Shown here: positions 36,497 to 39,382 of the stretch, one piece after another
Numbering within the stretch: position 1 is the first letter of the stretch
Layout of the letters: every line of letters begins with the position of its first letter
Source: Candidatus Aminicenantales bacterium
GTDB lineage: Bacteria > Acidobacteriota > Aminicenantia > Aminicenantales > UBA4085
Assembly: GCA_049515535.1 (NCBI GenBank)
Contig: JBEKTZ010000014.1
Coordinates: 62,001-101,382 of the forward strand
Direction of reading: 5' to 3'
Length of the DNA: 39,382 nucleotides
Notes under the pieces: generated by a model
What the model saw: only the letters and a program-made list of their open reading frames with translations
What the model was told of the DNA's origin: nothing
Database searches by the model: none
Program-made: the position numbers and the translations under genes

Positions 36497-37879
36497 ATGA
36501 CCCAGAGCAAGAATGAGATGTCCGACCGGCACGAAGCAAGAAATATAAAAGACAACCGCTGGCAAAAGATCTTCTCCGATGCCTCCAGCCGCCTGACCAA
36601 CCACTTCCCCCGCGCCGGCTCAAGCTTTCTCGATTCGATCATTATACCCCTGCTGAGCAATCCGCTGCTGGCGAATATCGGAAAACGTATCAATCGCCGC
36701 ATCGTGCGCCGGATCAAGTCTTTTCGTCGCTTCTTGGTGATTTCCGATATCCACATCGGCGACGGAGTATTTCTGCAATCGGTGCTGACTGGCTTGCGCG
36801 ACTTTTTCCCCGATGCCCAGGTGGATTACTTGGTCAGTAAGACCGTCTATCCGTTGATCGCTGGCAACCCCGAGGCGACCACTATCTATCCCATCTTCTT
36901 CGGCGACGGCCCATATCCACCCGCCGAAAGCCTGAAGGCCCTGCAGGAGCTTTACTCCAAAGAAAAGTACGACTTGTGCCTGAATATGTGCCCCTTCATC
37001 CGCAACCGCGACATTGCGCCCGGTGGCCGAGGCGTGCTCAATTTCAAGACCCATACCCCTACCCTCCTGAGGAATGAGCACAAGCCCGGCCCGATCAACC
37101 ACTTCAGCTACCAAAATTACCGCTTCACCCGCGACTGGCTCTCCCTGGTTGCGATACCAGTTCGGGCCGAGTCTTTTAAAGGTGTAGGCCTAACCCTCTC
37201 CGACTCAGCCGTTGAGAAGGGGGAAAGCTTTGCCGCAACCGTCGGCCAGGCGCCGGATCAACCGGTCATCCTTTTCAACCCAGATACCGCCTCGCGTTTC
37301 ACGCTCATACCCTTCGACCGCCAGGTCGAATTCCTATTGAGGCTGTCCCGATTCCAGGTTTCGATCCTGCTCGGTGAAGGCCACACCGAAGCCGGCATCG
37401 GTTTACGGTTGAAAGCTGCCCTGCCGGCGTCGCTACAGGAAAAAGTCAGCATCATTCCCGCTGCTCTGCCGCTGGATGCTTATTCGGCATTGATCGACCG
37501 TTGCGACGTTTTCATCTCCGGCGACACCGGTCCGCTGCACATCGCCGCCGCCAGAAAGTTTTCCGCTAGCGGCCGCCATGCCTTCCGTAACCGTACCGCG
37601 ATATTGTCCATCTTCGGCGCTACACTGGCGCGCATGTCGGGATACGATTCCTTCCAGCCGGGCTATTTGCCGGCCAACCAGGATGCCCCTTCCTGGTGCT
37701 ATTCCGCCAAGAGTCCCTGCCGCAACATCACCTGCCTGAATAAAATGTACAAGACCTGCCCCAAAGTTCGCTGCTTTGAAGAAATGGACGTCGCCGGCAT
37801 GGCCGACCGGATCAGGGAGTACTTGGATTTAATGGCGACCGAAAAAGCCTTGGGGCACGGGGTAGCCTCTGGTCGCTGA
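36497..37879 (+). CDS. Glycosyltransferase family 9 (heptosyltransferase-like)
   Basis: HIGDGVF...LRDFFPDAQVDYL and ALIDRCDVFISGDTGPLHIAAA; Cys-rich C-terminus. Confidence 0.85.
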   Translation: MTQSKNEMSDRHEARNIKDNRWQKIFSDASSRLTNHFPRAGSSFLDSIIIPLLSNPLLANIGKRINRRIVRRIKSFRRFLVISDIHIGDGVFLQSVLTGLRDFFPDAQVDYLVSKTVYPLIAGNPEATTIYPIFFGDGPYPPAESLKALQELYSKEKYDLCLNMCPFIRNRDIAPGGRGVLNFKTHTPTLLRNEHKPGPINHFSYQNYRFTRDWLSLVAIPVRAESFKGVGLTLSDSAVEKGESFAATVGQAPDQPVILFNPDTASRFTLIPFDRQVEFLLRLSRFQVSILLGEGHTEAGIGLRLKAALPASLQEKVSIIPAALPLDAYSALIDRCDVFISGDTGPLHIAAARKFSASGRHAFRNRTAILSIFGATLARMSGYDSFQPGYLPANQDAPSWCYSAKSPCRNITCLNKMYKTCPKVRCFEEMDVAGMADRIREYLDLMATEKALGHGVASGR

Positions 37880-38535
37880 TGGAGCGCCTCTATCTTTTTC
37901 TGCTGGCTCTGGCCATTGGCTTTATCGCCGCCATCCCGGTGGGCGGTTCGCAGATCGAGGTGGCCAAGCGGGCACTAAAAGGGCACTTTCGAGCCGCCGT
38001 CGTTGTTACCTTAGGATCCGTTTCCTCAGACGTCCTCTATGGCTTTATTGCCCTTTTCGGCCTGGCTCCCCTGTTACAGTTGCCCGGCGTCATGGCCGGC
38101 TTCAACGCCCTGGGTGCCGTCCTCCTCTGGGGGCTGGCTTATTGGACCATCAGGCAGAGTCGGCGGCCGCACGAACTGCGATTGGAAGAGGCCACGCTGA
38201 ATAACAAGCGCTGGGCTTTCGTGACCGGCTTTTCCTTGGCCGCCAGCAATCCGCCGATGATCCTGTCCTGGTTGTACGGAACGACTTTGGCCAGGCATCT
38301 CGGCTTGGCCAATCATTTTTCCAGCGGCCAGAAATTGCTCTTCATCGCCGGCGGTGCCCTGGGACTGGCGGGTTATCAACTGCTGTTGGCCTTGATCCTC
38401 AAACGCATGAAGCATTTCATTCCGGCCAAGGTACTGCGGAGGATTTATTTCTGGTTGGGCATTGTGCTGTTCCTGCTCTCTTTTTTCTTTATCTACAATG
38501 CCCAAAGGCTTTTCTTACAGCCTGGTGCGGGCTAA
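37879..38535 (+). CDS. LysE-family translocator
   Basis: GFIAAIPVG, G...SDVLYG, FVTGFSLAASNP; about six TM helices. Confidence 0.8.
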   Translation: MERLYLFLLALAIGFIAAIPVGGSQIEVAKRALKGHFRAAVVVTLGSVSSDVLYGFIALFGLAPLLQLPGVMAGFNALGAVLLWGLAYWTIRQSRRPHELRLEEATLNNKRWAFVTGFSLAASNPPMILSWLYGTTLARHLGLANHFSSGQKLLFIAGGALGLAGYQLLLALILKRMKHFIPAKVLRRIYFWLGIVLFLLSFFFIYNAQRLFLQPGAG

Positions 38536-39070
38536 GACTAAGCCGGAGGCCGAGCGGGTGGGGAAGTACATGATCCGGCCGCTTTTGGCGCTGGAGCGGC
38601 TGACGTTTCTGGAACCCGAGGGCAAGGTTGGTTATCGCTGGGGCCGGGACGGCGCCGAGCAAGAGACGATGGACTACCTGGAGTTTATCGCGCGGGCGAC
38701 CTCCCATATCCCCGACAAAGGCCAGGTCATGGTTCGTTACTATGGACTTTACGCCAACGCCCACCGGGGGAAGGTCAAGAAAGCGAGTTTGAGTCCTTCG
38801 GCGCTTCGGATGGCCGAGGAGAAGTTTCGGCGCATTCCTTCCAAGGGCTGGGCGGAGATGATCCGGAAGGTCTACGAGGTCGACCCGATGGTCTGCCCGA
38901 AATGCGGCAGTCGGATGAAGGTCGTCGCCTTCCTGACGGCGTATGCCGTCGTTGACCGGATTATCGATCATCTGCGACTGTCTTTTATTGCGGAGAGGCC
39001 CCCGCCACCTCAGGCTGCCTTCCAGGAATGTCTCTGGGCCGCCGATCCCCCAGCCGAATATTTTCCCTGA
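38517..39070 (+). pseudogene. C-terminal fragment of an IS91-family (Y2) transposase
   Basis: KYMIRP, EFIARATSHIPDKGQVMVRYYGLYAN, WAEMIRKVYEVDPMVCPKCG; the N-terminal Zn finger and HUH part are missing. Left boundary approximate. Confidence 0.8.
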
Positions 39071-39273
39071 TTGTTCCCGAGCGCAGAGGGAGAGGTCCGG
39101 GCGATTTCCGGCTCGTCCGTCGCCGTCGGCAGCCGCCGAGCCGTACCGCGTGGTCCTCCTTACGTCCTTGACATCCCCCGAGCCGGGATTTATGCTTGTT
39201 CGCGGTGGCGGGATGGGAAATCGACACGAAATCAGGTACGCGAGCGGACGCCGCCGAAAAGCAAATTCTTCTA
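39071..39273 (+). mobile_element. Probable 3' non-coding end of the IS91-like element (oriIS-like end near 39257-39273)
   Basis: GC-rich tail ending in AAAAGCAAATTCTTCTA, loosely resembling the ...AAATTCCTAT oriIS end; composition turns AT-rich afterwards. Confidence 0.35.
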
Positions 39274-39382
39274 TGATGATGTGATGCAAGCGATATTTTT
39301 ATTCTGTCCTCCTTTCTTCTCTTTATCTTAGGTCTTGGGGACCATTCTTCTATCCGTGCCCTTCATTCTTGAAGTCCGCACA

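Noticed and set aside
39274..39382. Possible gene at the right edge
   Set aside because: Too short, pyrimidine-rich and without a recognisable motif.

Overview
Bacterial chromosomal segment, mostly GC-rich and probably from an anaerobe. The gene repertoire suggests Acidobacteriota/Ca. Aminicenantes, but this is an inference only. Left to right: (1) a minus-strand nitrogen/redox locus with glnA, an IS1202/ISNCY-like IS, then an HndA/HndB/HndC(HydB-like)/short HoxU-like module with no hydrogenase subunit, running into a partial FMN-binding glutamate-synthase-family gene; (2) lrp/asnC, speD and a secreted M1-type metallopeptidase; (3) a sigma54-driven kdp operon with an NtrC-type regulator, a separate sensor kinase, two unannotated 27-aa membrane peptides, kdpABC and a soluble KdpD(N)-Usp-PTS EIIA fusion; (4) a PDZ/GAF/PAS kinase plus NtrC-type regulator, divergent from a T2SS/type IV pilus machinery cluster whose secretin is a lipoprotein with a cohesin-like tail; (5) from about 33.0 kb, a decayed mobile mosaic with an HsdR-N fragment, an integron attC site flanked by cassette-like genes (truncated BrnT, antitoxin, CcbP-like), a frameshifted replication initiator containing an iteron-like origin, RuvC-like and kinase fragments, an amber-interrupted PepSY-like gene, GT9, LysE and an IS91 remnant. 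Best novel-system candidates: a putative electron-bifurcating glutamate synthase module sharing a promoter motif with glnA, and a split sigma54-dependent Kdp sensor with a built-in PTS EIIA domain. No tRNA, rRNA or CRISPR array was recognised. All family calls come from motif recognition, not database searches.
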